From a virus: 64,000 nt of DNA. The stretch lies in IMG/VR virus record IMGVR_UViG_3300010348_001013, positions 1,751 to 65,750 of that record; one strand, given 5' to 3'. The translations under genes were made by a program, and so were the position numbers. The notes below the pieces were generated by a model. The model had not been told where the DNA came from and made no database searches. It was given only the letters and a program-made list of their open reading frames with translations. Of this stretch, positions 11,548 to 21,618 are shown one piece after another. How positions within the stretch are numbered: position 1 is the first letter of the stretch; each line of letters starts with the position of its first letter.

Positions 11548-12507
11548 TTATTCGTTTGCATTTAATTTGGATATATATTTATTTAATATTGTCTTTGAAT
11601 ATCTTTTTACTGTTGCTATTTTTGCCGAGTTATCATTATTCACACTACTCGAAGTTGACTGATTTGAAGTTTCGTCATTTGTATCGTCTGAGATTGTTGT
11701 TTTGATATTAATAGATTTTTTTATTGTGGATGTGGCGGTTTTTGAGGTATTATATAGAACATCAACAAAATTTATTAATCCCCCAACTATTGATATCATT
11801 TGCATTACGTTATTTACATTTGTAATTATTTTAATGAAATCTGGAGTTAATCCAACCCATGGAACAACGATATTTGAAATATTTAAACTTTGATTTACAA
11901 CATCTTCTTTTCCAGGTAACATATATGCTGTTTGTTTGTTAATGCTATTAGCTGTTAATTTACTTGTTGTTACTTTAACTTCACTATCATTTATATTAAT
12001 GCCACCATTTGACCCTTGGAGTACAATATTAGATTTTGATAGTCCTATAATAGGAGAATCTTCACCATTAATAAAATAAATTGCGGGGGACTCATCTGTT
12101 TCACCAGCTATCCCCGCATTATTTCTAATATAGTTGAATGACTTTGTTTGTAATATAGGTGTGGCCGTTACAAATTCAAACATGCAGTTATCATTATATA
12201 TAAATGAATCCAATCCGTTATATGATATCGAAACCTCGTATGTTGATATTGTATTGTAATCATAATGAATAATATTTTCATTTTTATAAATTGGTATACA
12301 ATATCTATATATTGTTTTAGGTGCGGTTTTGTCATAATCATCAAATAAATAAGGAATAGTAATTTGTAAATCAACATATGTTGTATATGTGGTCTCATCT
12401 TCATATATTCCTAGTGTTTCTTTGTTTGGAAAAATATTAGTTATCCATTGGGGAACGTTATTTCCTGTAATTAATGTTCCAATTAGTTTTGTTGATTTTT
12501 CTGCCAT
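11548..12507 (-). CDS. Hypothetical virion protein, possible baseplate spike, 319 aa
   Basis: Follows the hub-like gene; short beta-strand/Gly repeats (IIGLSKSNIVLQGSNGGININDSEVKV). Spike role is inference. Confidence 0.35.
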   Translation of the reverse strand: MAEKSTKLIGTLITGNNVPQWITNIFPNKETLGIYEDETTYTTYVDLQITIPYLFDDYDKTAPKTIYRYCIPIYKNENIIHYDYNTISTYEVSISYNGLDSFIYNDNCMFEFVTATPILQTKSFNYIRNNAGIAGETDESPAIYFINGEDSPIIGLSKSNIVLQGSNGGININDSEVKVTTSKLTANSINKQTAYMLPGKEDVVNQSLNISNIVVPWVGLTPDFIKIITNVNNVMQMISIVGGLINFVDVLYNTSKTATSTIKKSINIKTTISDDTNDETSNQSTSSSVNNDNSAKIATVKRYSKTILNKYISKLNANE

Positions 12508-12516
12508 TTGTTTTCT

Positions 12517-15500
12517 CTATTGTGTTAATTCTTCAATTTCTTCATTTGTTGCTGTTATTGTATTATTAATATCTTTATTTAGATTATATATGAAAGTAAA
12601 CATTTCGTCTTTTAAAGATGCTATAAATTTTTCTTGTTCTGTAATAAATTCGTCTGCTATCATTCCATCTAAATTAGCCATAAAAGGCATATTTTTATAA
12701 AATAAGCCGTTGATTATATATGGACTTGAAAGATCATTTTTATTTAATTGTGTTGCAATACCAACAAATGCCTGGTTTATTGTTTCTTTTATTATATATG
12801 CGCCGGAAATTATTCCAACTCCTTTTATTGCTTTATTAACGAGAAATTCAACTGTACTTTCTAACATGCGTGTGTTTCCATCATTTACCATTTTAAATAC
12901 AGTATTTGATAATGGTTTATTGACATCGCCAAATAAAATATCCATTTCTTTTTTGAAAATTGTTGTGTTGGCATCAGCTTCATTGGCGGCCATTTCGACA
13001 TTAGTATAAAATTGTGAAATTGATTCTTTAGAAGTATTTATAGCATCTGCTCCACCGTTGTTGCCAGCTGTTTTATTGAATTCTGTAAATAAACTAGATG
13101 TATTTTTACCTGTTTTATTTAGTGCAGAATTTAAAGTTTGTGCAGGATTATCAAAGATATTTATAAAATCCAGATTATTCATTGCTACCTCATCAATAAT
13201 GGAATCTATCACGTTATTAAGAGTTTTTTGATCTTTATATGCACCAAATATATCGTCAATAGATTGGTAATCGTTGTTTTGAATATGTTTATTAACGGTA
13301 GAATAGAATGTCTTTAATGTTTTTTCAGTGAACTTGTTCATTACTGCTTCAGAAATATCATTGATAATCTTTTCATCAATTGTTTTTTTTGAATTTGTTG
13401 CTAGTGATGAAAGAACCTTATTTGTATAGTTTTTAGCATATGTTTTTGTTGCCAATGTTTGATCATCTAAAAATTTATAGGACGTATATCTTAGATTCAT
13501 ATTTGTATTGTATGTCATTTTATATATATTGATTAAATTGGCTGTAAATTCTGGTAATTTTGCGGGGGATCGAATAAATACGTTAAATAATACTTGAACC
13601 CCAGTTTTAATGAATTTTACACTTGTTTCAAATATATTACTGGTTACTCCAAGCGCATCCATTGATCCAGCTATTTTTGTCATTACTGATGGTTTTGTTT
13701 TATTGAAAGATGCTGGGCTAAAATTATGTAACAATGAGTATGCCATTGCATATATATTTGATACTAATAAAAATGTTCCTGTGACAGATATTGCTTTATC
13801 TAGATCGGCTGCAAAAGTCATCACTTTATTGTTTACATCCTGATTTTTTTCCATTACTATAACAGCAGGAGTTAAAGTGGAAATATATCCAGCATCTATT
13901 GAATATGATGTTGTAACGTCTTTTATTTTAAAATAGCCATAAAGATCGTTCATTTCGTCATATAAATAACAAATATCACCAGGTTCATAATTCTTACCAA
14001 GAACTATTATGTTACCACTATAATAATCTTCAATGGTTTCTTTACCATATGCCAGAGCTACCAATTTTGGCTCTACTTGATAAGTGTATTTTTGTCCTTT
14101 TAATGCTGGAAAAATAACACCTTCTACTGGCCCGGCATTTATTGTGTTTGTTAATAATAATTGTTCTGGCAACGATTTACTAAATGGAAGATCTAATATT
14201 TTTGTTTGATTCGGAGCATTGCCTATATTATTTAACTTAACTTTATTTGAATCGTAATTACCATCATAAACCAATGATATTTTATTAGGACCTCTAGCTA
14301 GTTGTATATTATTAGCTATTATATTTAGCTTTGACATTAATATATGACATTGTCTAATTGGTCTATGCGATGGAGATGCCTTTAAGAACATTGAATATAA
14401 TTCATTCATTATAACATCAACATATTCATATAATAATGTGCTTGTATATAATGCTGCTGATTTATTAATGCGGTTTGAAGAATTAATATTAGCATAAATT
14501 CCACTACTATTAACATATATTCCATTATTATTATCTTTTATATTTGTTATTAAAGTTCCAATACCATTAATAAGTTTTAGATCCAATGATTTAATATGCT
14601 CATACAATGATGTATAATTACTAGCTAACATACTAATTACTTCATCGTATTCTTTTCGGTTATCTTTATTGAGAAAATAATTGTTATCTGCTTTTTCTTT
14701 TGTTGGAAATACAACTGATGCTCTACTTTTAAAATCCAATAAATTTAGAGCAAATAATATCAAGATATCGTCGATTGAAAAATTAAATGTTGTATTTATT
14801 GGCATGTCATTATCGCTATTTTTACCAAGTAAAACATTTACAATATTAGTTAATGAAGCATCATATGTCACGCCGTTATTATTTGTAATCCATAAATAAT
14901 AGTAAGTTGCAGCTGCTTTAGGTAGAATTTCAAAATATTTTTTATTGGCATCATTAAAATTTATTAATAATGTTTCAATATTTTCAGGTAAACCAAATAT
15001 TAAAGTGCATGTTACATACAAATTAATATAATTGTTACGAATACTTGTGTCAGGATTTTGAAATATTTTGGCTAAATCAGAAAAAAGATTCATTTCTATG
15101 GTTTTATTTCCTGTTGCAGAGTTCATATGTATCGTATTATTTGCTATAATGTTCATAAATGAATCAAAAAAGTCGCATATAATATATAGTGCTTCTTTCT
15201 TTATATCAATTGGCAATGAATCTAAATTATTAACAATTGTAAAAATATAATTAACCATCGCACTTTTATTATTGTTGACTTTATTAGTTTCTGAAGCAAA
15301 TATATCAAATATATTATCATCAGACTTTCCTATATCTATTTCACCAGTTTTTAATCTAGCTCCACTTATAGCGTATGCATCTAGCATTGATACCGCTCTT
15401 GTTACTTTGTAATTTAATACATCATACTTATTGGTATACTTATAATATCCATTCAACGGGCCAATATATATCGTTTCTCTTTCATCATATGGTCTTACAG

Positions 15501-18500
15501 CTATGGTATTGTTTTGAGTTCTCATAACTATTTTTTTGATATCTTCATATGGTGTTGTATTGTAGGAAAGAAAATAACTAGGAACCTTTGATGTTTTAAA
15601 TATCTTTCTAAATAGATTTGAAAACTTTTTCCATGTATTCATACTATATTCAGATTGTACTTTGATATTTTCTAATATATTTGATTTCTTCGAAACTATA
15701 TCATATGTTTTATCTGCCTCGTTTATAACTGGATTTATATTTAATATAAGTTCTTTTATAGAATCTGATATTTTTTCACTGATAGTTTTTTTTGTAGCAT
15801 TCGTTTGCATGAATTGAACTGCTGACGAATCAACATAAATACCACCAATATCTAAATAATTGTATTCAGATAATTTACCATATTTGTCGATTTCATACAA
15901 TATTTTACATAATAAATTATAAATAACATTTTCTGTTATAAAAACATCATCCCTTATTTTATATTTATAAACATCATCAACATGATATTTTGTATCCAAC
16001 ATAGCACCAGCAGAACTTTGAGCAATAATGGTTAATGGATTATTGCCTTGAATTTCAACAATCTCTCCAACAAATTCAGTATTATAATTTGGAGCTATTA
16101 AATTTCTACTAATTAGGACCTTTATTGTTGCTCCAGGTTGTAAATAAATTGAAGCATATGAATCATTACTAATTACTTTAACATTACCAGACTGTGTTAT
16201 CTTTGTAGTATTGGCATTATTTAGAGTTTTAAATGGATTATTAAGAACAAGTTTCATTGTGCGAATAGGATCTCTATCATGTTTTACAATATCCATACTT
16301 ATAACTGAATTATATGAATAAATTCCATCATAAAGTAGATATTCATTTTTTGTTTCTTTAATAAGATATATCTTGTAATATACACTATCGACTGCTGGGT
16401 TGAATCCCATATAGTCAACTTTATCAAATGAAAAATCATCCATAAATCCAGCCATTTTAGCATATGATGATGTTCCATATATACCAGAATTGGAATACAT
16501 ACTATCTTTTATTTGAACAATGTTGCTATCAATAAATTTATTGACTGCGATATAATTGTCTGAATTATCGTAATTAGAAAGTTTTTCGTCTGATGCATCC
16601 GCCATAATGGTTTCTATGGCTTCAATGTCTGCTGCAACATTATAATATTTCTTAAATACGTCTGCTAATTTGTCGTCATATTCGTTTTCTTTTGTTTTCG
16701 AACAGTTGTCTAATACACTATCAACACTTTTAATCAAATTTATACCATCGCTAATATTATCCAAGTTTACATTTGTATTAGTTATGCTGTCGAAATTTGG
16801 CTGCCATTTAAAGAATTCGTTATATAGATTGTTTATCTCTGGAATATTTGTTTTGTCTTGTAAATAATCTAACAATGAATTTTTAAATGTAATAAGGTTT
16901 TCTAAGAATTTATATAACTGTTGTGAAATAGAACCAAAATAATTGTTTATTATTGTTTGTTTTGATTCTGATTTTAGTTCCATATTTGAAAGCATTATGG
17001 CTTTCATCATTGTTCTTATTTGTTTATTTTTTAATGCAAATTCATTTGTAAATAAAACAGTAGAATTAAATATAGCGAATTTATTTTTGTTAGATACATG
17101 TCCATAAAAAATTGGAGATACGCTACATGGTAGCATTTTCATTTGCACAGAAAAAATAGAAGCTATTAATTTTTGTTGCATATAATTATTTATTGCTTGT
17201 AACTTTAATGTAATTTTCAACGATTCCGGTGTGTTATAATCAAGCACATTATTGGAAAAAATAAGATAATAAATTAGCCCAGTATTATATTTTAATTGCG
17301 AATATAATATTAAAGAAAACGTCAGTCTTGATGTATTGTTCATTGCTTCTTCAAGTGATTGTGCCACCATACTCAATGAGGAGATAGTTCTTTTCATTAT
17401 TCGTATAGCCTGGTATGATAATAGCATTACTATTACCAAACCTATACCCATTGTAGCACCGGATATTATTCCAAGAATTACCAAAGATAATCCTGCTAAA
17501 CTTACCATTGTATATGCAATAGAAAGAAATTGTTCAGGTTTAGAACCACCATTTCCAAATGCAATATTATAAAAATCAGTATTCAATAGTCTATCAATAT
17601 AAAATAAAGCAATATTTTTTGTTGAAATTGTTCCAAAAAAATTATTAATATCCTTTTTCCCGAGTTTGGTATTTGGACCAAAAGTTCGAAATATTGCGGT
17701 TGAAACTTCTGTAAAAAATCCAATATTTATATTATTGGATGTATGATTAAATATATATTCGTCTATTCTTAATTTTCTTCCATCAATTGTTATCGTTGAA
17801 TTAACATTAAAATTATTATTATTATAATCATTGATTCCTTTTATCATATCATGAATTTTATCGCCGCCTATCATTATTTGCATTCTATTAATATAATCAT
17901 TATCATCAGAAACCATTTGATTAATAATGGCTTCTTTTATATCTTTATGACTGTCTTTTGATGTAAATATATCAGCTTTATTATTAAATATATATGAAAA
18001 AACTAATATATCATCATATAAAATACTATCAAGTTCCAATGCTGCCACAAAAATATTAGCTAATTTGGAAATATGTTCGACATTATACAACAATGTTCTT
18101 GCTGCAACATAAATATTATTTAATCCACGACTTGTAGAATTACTATCTTTATATGATGTCAGATATGCTGATACATACTTAAATGCCCTATTGGTTTTAA
18201 TGAACTCTTTTATATTGTCTGAATTATCCTTTGAAAAATATTTAGATATTTGTTCTATCAATTTTTCATGATTATCATAAGAAGCTATGGTAACAGGAGG
18301 ATAAATACATAATTTTAAAGGAGGTGTAGAATTATCACCCAAATTTACATGGTTAGCATATTTTAGTTTTGATAAGACATATTTAACTTTATCATCTATT
18401 GGCATGTTTGTTAATGCATATTGGGTAAATACATTATTTTGTTCAACAATATTAACCAAATCAATCATCCAGGTATATCTTTCACTCTCACTACCACCTA

Positions 18501-21500
18501 ATGAAATATTATTAATAAGTGCTTTGTTTGCTACTACATTTTCAACAGAGAATCCTAATGAAAACAATGTTCTTAATACAACGCTATATTCATTATTAAG
18601 TAAATTGAAAAAAATAGCCACTCTTTCTTCTTGAGTTGGAATAACTAACTTATTATTTTCAATACCAAATTTAGCAACCATTGTATGATAAAGTTTATGA
18701 ATTACTCGTGGTAAACCAGTTAAAATTATAGTATCAAGAGGAATGGCTAGATAATTAATATTTTCATCCCCTTTGACTACATTTAAGGTATTAGATTGAA
18801 CTATAGATGCTGCCACATTGAATAATGAACCAATTGCTTGAATTAATACACATTTACCAACAGATCCTATCATCGAAGCTGATCCAGTTGCACTTATAGA
18901 TGCTATTGCATCCTGAATAACATTTCCGACAATATTAAAAACATTCCCTGTTAATGTTGCTAATTGACTTTGATATTTGTTATCATCTAATTGTGCGACT
19001 TCATCAAATGCGTTTATCGTTGCACCTACCATAATTGAATTGGATATATCCATAAAAAATTCACATATTGAAAACAGAACCAAAAGCTCACCTATCATAT
19101 TGTCTGAAAATTGGGTTGCTAAATTAATATATTTCAAATCGGTAGCATTAATATATTTCATATACCATTTAGCAATATTGGCATCAGGATATTCAGTTGA
19201 AAACAATGATGAAGCATATAACATTGCTATATGATCATCTACATCATATGATTTCGATTCTTTTACTATACTACCACTTGCATAATCATATTTGGTTGGT
19301 AAAATAGATATGATTAATTCACATGCAGAAGTCCCTTCAATCGCCTGTATTTGCATTTGGGAAACAGTACCACTATATATACCAACTGAATTTATGATTG
19401 GATTGGATATTGTTAGATTAATATTTCGAAGATCGGCAGTATCTTTTCTATATGCATCTGAAAGATCTGAAAGTATTGTATAATTTGTTTTTTTAGATGT
19501 TTGACTTGCGGTGTTATACAAAGTATCTAATGTAACTGTTTGGGTTCCTTGGATCTGGGTCAATAGGGTTGATGAAAGCTCTGCGGTATACGAATATTTG
19601 TTATCTATTGGGGAAAGTTGTGAAAATAGAGTTAATACGTCTATTATATCATTATCATTAGCTATATGGAAATATATTTTTATACCTTGTGCGGGGGTCC
19701 CCAGGTTTTGGTAAATGTAATCTGTCATTCCTTCCATTTTAATTGGAATAGATCCGACATTTGCTTCAATGAATTCTATTTTAGATACAGATGGCAAAAA
19801 ACTAATATTACTTATATTTTCGTTATGTTTTAATGTTAAGTCAATTAATTTTTTGGCTTTATTAGTACGTTGTTCATATGGAACGGAAATACCTAATACT
19901 GGAACTTTAGTTTTTTCTTTAGTTTGAAATGCTAAGATGTTCGTTATTTTATTAGCATATGAATATATTGCCGAGCCTATAAATGCTTCCAATATATATA
20001 CATCTGATTGTGTTATCGTAGGTGGAATTTTTGAATTAAGAAATGTTGCTGGCATTATGATACCAGTTGAATCGGCACAATTGATTGGGGTATATTTATT
20101 AAGTTCATTATCTATATATGTTTTTGAAATTACTTTGTATTTTGAAATCACATTGTAAATCAAATCATTGAATGATATGGATTTGTCCGATGTTAAAAAT
20201 GTCATATTAACATAGATATCGCTAGTAGAACAGGATACTTTTGAGTCCGATGTATTATAATAAAAATCCAATTTTATTTTTTTTACTTCGGATGATGTTA
20301 TTAATTTATTTACTTCAATAGATATTAAATCTATTATTTTATTATTGAATGTAAATGTTTCCGATATATTATATGTTGTTATAAATTTAAATATATAATT
20401 GGTCAAAAAGCTATTTAATAAATATTTATTGTTATTATTTAAATCATTCCCATTTAACGTTGATAATGTAAATTTATTTTCAATGTCAGCTAAAAAAGTT
20501 GCTGGGAGTACATATGGTTCTTTATTATAATAAAAAGTTTCGTTAACTTTATTTTTAAGATTTGAAAGCCTAAAATCCAAAAAAGTATAGTCTGTTTTAG
20601 TTGAAATTTTATTAAGAAATAAAGTAAATCCTAAATTTGATGAAGGTATTAAGCCACCAAAAGCTGGCATAAATAAATTAATTGGAGACTCTTTGTTGTT
20701 TTTTATGACTTTTATAGCTAAAATTAGATCCGATAATGTATTAATTGAGTTGAAATTGGCTAACTTAGCAATAGAAGATAATAATGATTTATGAATATTT
20801 AGAATATAATTAAATTGGAATAATATTTTATATAAATCTTCGCTTAGTGAATTATATTTATTAATAAATAGTTTTGCATCTGAAATGACATTTAACCTTA
20901 TTTGTGTGTTTATTGCATTTTTAGTTGCATCGATGAAACTATAGATATATTTTTGACTTTCTGTATCATTATCTAAATTTTCTAAATTAGTATCATTAAT
21001 AAACTGTTCAATTTTTAGCATAAAAAACAAAATCCATAATAGTGTTTGATCAGGAGTTCTTGCGTTGTAGTTTAAATTTTTATTTATCATAATTGGTTGG
21101 GGTAAATCTAATAAAAATTCATTAATAACAGCGAGTTGATTAATTATAACGTTTGGTTTATATAATTTAAATATAAAATCATTTAATGTTTCTAAAACCT
21201 CATTATCTTTCATATAAGAAATTTCTTGGGATTCTTTATAATAAATACTTTCAATAGGTACTAAGTTTCTATGTGAATTATATATATTACATATCCCAAG
21301 AAAAAGTTCAAATAAACTCTTTAGTTTTTCTTTTGATTCACTATCTATAAATGGATCATTATATATCTTTCTATATAAAAGAGGATATGTTTCATTATTT
21401 ATATCATTGTCATTAAATATACCATTAATGTCATCTTTATTATATCCTAAAACCAAAGCCGTTAATGCTATATATGGTAATGACTCGTACACATGATAAG

Positions 21501-21618
21501 TAAAATTAAGTTCAGATTTGTTTTCCTTATTAATATAAATGTCATAGAGTGCAATTATACAATCATTGAAAGATATTTCAAATGTTTCTATATCATGGAA
21601 TGTTAAATTAATATCCAT
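12517..21618 (-). CDS. Giant baseplate hub-like tail protein, 3033 aa
   Basis: C-terminal part has hub-type motifs (T4 gp27 / P2 gpD / Mu gp44 fold): LQPGATIKV...FVGEIVEIQG..LTIIAQS and YSGNIIVLGKNYEPGDICYLYD...GYFKIKDVTTSYSIDAGYISTL. Internal hydrophobic segments. Confidence 0.6.
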   Translation of the reverse strand: MDINLTFHDIETFEISFNDCIIALYDIYINKENKSELNFTYHVYESLPYIALTALVLGYNKDDINGIFNDNDINNETYPLLYRKIYNDPFIDSESKEKLKSLFELFLGICNIYNSHRNLVPIESIYYKESQEISYMKDNEVLETLNDFIFKLYKPNVIINQLAVINEFLLDLPQPIMINKNLNYNARTPDQTLLWILFFMLKIEQFINDTNLENLDNDTESQKYIYSFIDATKNAINTQIRLNVISDAKLFINKYNSLSEDLYKILFQFNYILNIHKSLLSSIAKLANFNSINTLSDLILAIKVIKNNKESPINLFMPAFGGLIPSSNLGFTLFLNKISTKTDYTFLDFRLSNLKNKVNETFYYNKEPYVLPATFLADIENKFTLSTLNGNDLNNNNKYLLNSFLTNYIFKFITTYNISETFTFNNKIIDLISIEVNKLITSSEVKKIKLDFYYNTSDSKVSCSTSDIYVNMTFLTSDKSISFNDLIYNVISKYKVISKTYIDNELNKYTPINCADSTGIIMPATFLNSKIPPTITQSDVYILEAFIGSAIYSYANKITNILAFQTKEKTKVPVLGISVPYEQRTNKAKKLIDLTLKHNENISNISFLPSVSKIEFIEANVGSIPIKMEGMTDYIYQNLGTPAQGIKIYFHIANDNDIIDVLTLFSQLSPIDNKYSYTAELSSTLLTQIQGTQTVTLDTLYNTASQTSKKTNYTILSDLSDAYRKDTADLRNINLTISNPIINSVGIYSGTVSQMQIQAIEGTSACELIISILPTKYDYASGSIVKESKSYDVDDHIAMLYASSLFSTEYPDANIAKWYMKYINATDLKYINLATQFSDNMIGELLVLFSICEFFMDISNSIMVGATINAFDEVAQLDDNKYQSQLATLTGNVFNIVGNVIQDAIASISATGSASMIGSVGKCVLIQAIGSLFNVAASIVQSNTLNVVKGDENINYLAIPLDTIILTGLPRVIHKLYHTMVAKFGIENNKLVIPTQEERVAIFFNLLNNEYSVVLRTLFSLGFSVENVVANKALINNISLGGSESERYTWMIDLVNIVEQNNVFTQYALTNMPIDDKVKYVLSKLKYANHVNLGDNSTPPLKLCIYPPVTIASYDNHEKLIEQISKYFSKDNSDNIKEFIKTNRAFKYVSAYLTSYKDSNSTSRGLNNIYVAARTLLYNVEHISKLANIFVAALELDSILYDDILVFSYIFNNKADIFTSKDSHKDIKEAIINQMVSDDNDYINRMQIMIGGDKIHDMIKGINDYNNNNFNVNSTITIDGRKLRIDEYIFNHTSNNINIGFFTEVSTAIFRTFGPNTKLGKKDINNFFGTISTKNIALFYIDRLLNTDFYNIAFGNGGSKPEQFLSIAYTMVSLAGLSLVILGIISGATMGIGLVIVMLLSYQAIRIMKRTISSLSMVAQSLEEAMNNTSRLTFSLILYSQLKYNTGLIYYLIFSNNVLDYNTPESLKITLKLQAINNYMQQKLIASIFSVQMKMLPCSVSPIFYGHVSNKNKFAIFNSTVLFTNEFALKNKQIRTMMKAIMLSNMELKSESKQTIINNYFGSISQQLYKFLENLITFKNSLLDYLQDKTNIPEINNLYNEFFKWQPNFDSITNTNVNLDNISDGINLIKSVDSVLDNCSKTKENEYDDKLADVFKKYYNVAADIEAIETIMADASDEKLSNYDNSDNYIAVNKFIDSNIVQIKDSMYSNSGIYGTSSYAKMAGFMDDFSFDKVDYMGFNPAVDSVYYKIYLIKETKNEYLLYDGIYSYNSVISMDIVKHDRDPIRTMKLVLNNPFKTLNNANTTKITQSGNVKVISNDSYASIYLQPGATIKVLISRNLIAPNYNTEFVGEIVEIQGNNPLTIIAQSSAGAMLDTKYHVDDVYKYKIRDDVFITENVIYNLLCKILYEIDKYGKLSEYNYLDIGGIYVDSSAVQFMQTNATKKTISEKISDSIKELILNINPVINEADKTYDIVSKKSNILENIKVQSEYSMNTWKKFSNLFRKIFKTSKVPSYFLSYNTTPYEDIKKIVMRTQNNTIAVRPYDERETIYIGPLNGYYKYTNKYDVLNYKVTRAVSMLDAYAISGARLKTGEIDIGKSDDNIFDIFASETNKVNNNKSAMVNYIFTIVNNLDSLPIDIKKEALYIICDFFDSFMNIIANNTIHMNSATGNKTIEMNLFSDLAKIFQNPDTSIRNNYINLYVTCTLIFGLPENIETLLINFNDANKKYFEILPKAAATYYYLWITNNNGVTYDASLTNIVNVLLGKNSDNDMPINTTFNFSIDDILILFALNLLDFKSRASVVFPTKEKADNNYFLNKDNRKEYDEVISMLASNYTSLYEHIKSLDLKLINGIGTLITNIKDNNNGIYVNSSGIYANINSSNRINKSAALYTSTLLYEYVDVIMNELYSMFLKASPSHRPIRQCHILMSKLNIIANNIQLARGPNKISLVYDGNYDSNKVKLNNIGNAPNQTKILDLPFSKSLPEQLLLTNTINAGPVEGVIFPALKGQKYTYQVEPKLVALAYGKETIEDYYSGNIIVLGKNYEPGDICYLYDEMNDLYGYFKIKDVTTSYSIDAGYISTLTPAVIVMEKNQDVNNKVMTFAADLDKAISVTGTFLLVSNIYAMAYSLLHNFSPASFNKTKPSVMTKIAGSMDALGVTSNIFETSVKFIKTGVQVLFNVFIRSPAKLPEFTANLINIYKMTYNTNMNLRYTSYKFLDDQTLATKTYAKNYTNKVLSSLATNSKKTIDEKIINDISEAVMNKFTEKTLKTFYSTVNKHIQNNDYQSIDDIFGAYKDQKTLNNVIDSIIDEVAMNNLDFINIFDNPAQTLNSALNKTGKNTSSLFTEFNKTAGNNGGADAINTSKESISQFYTNVEMAANEADANTTIFKKEMDILFGDVNKPLSNTVFKMVNDGNTRMLESTVEFLVNKAIKGVGIISGAYIIKETINQAFVGIATQLNKNDLSSPYIINGLFYKNMPFMANLDGMIADEFITEQEKFIASLKDEMFTFIYNLNKDINNTITATNEEIEELTQ

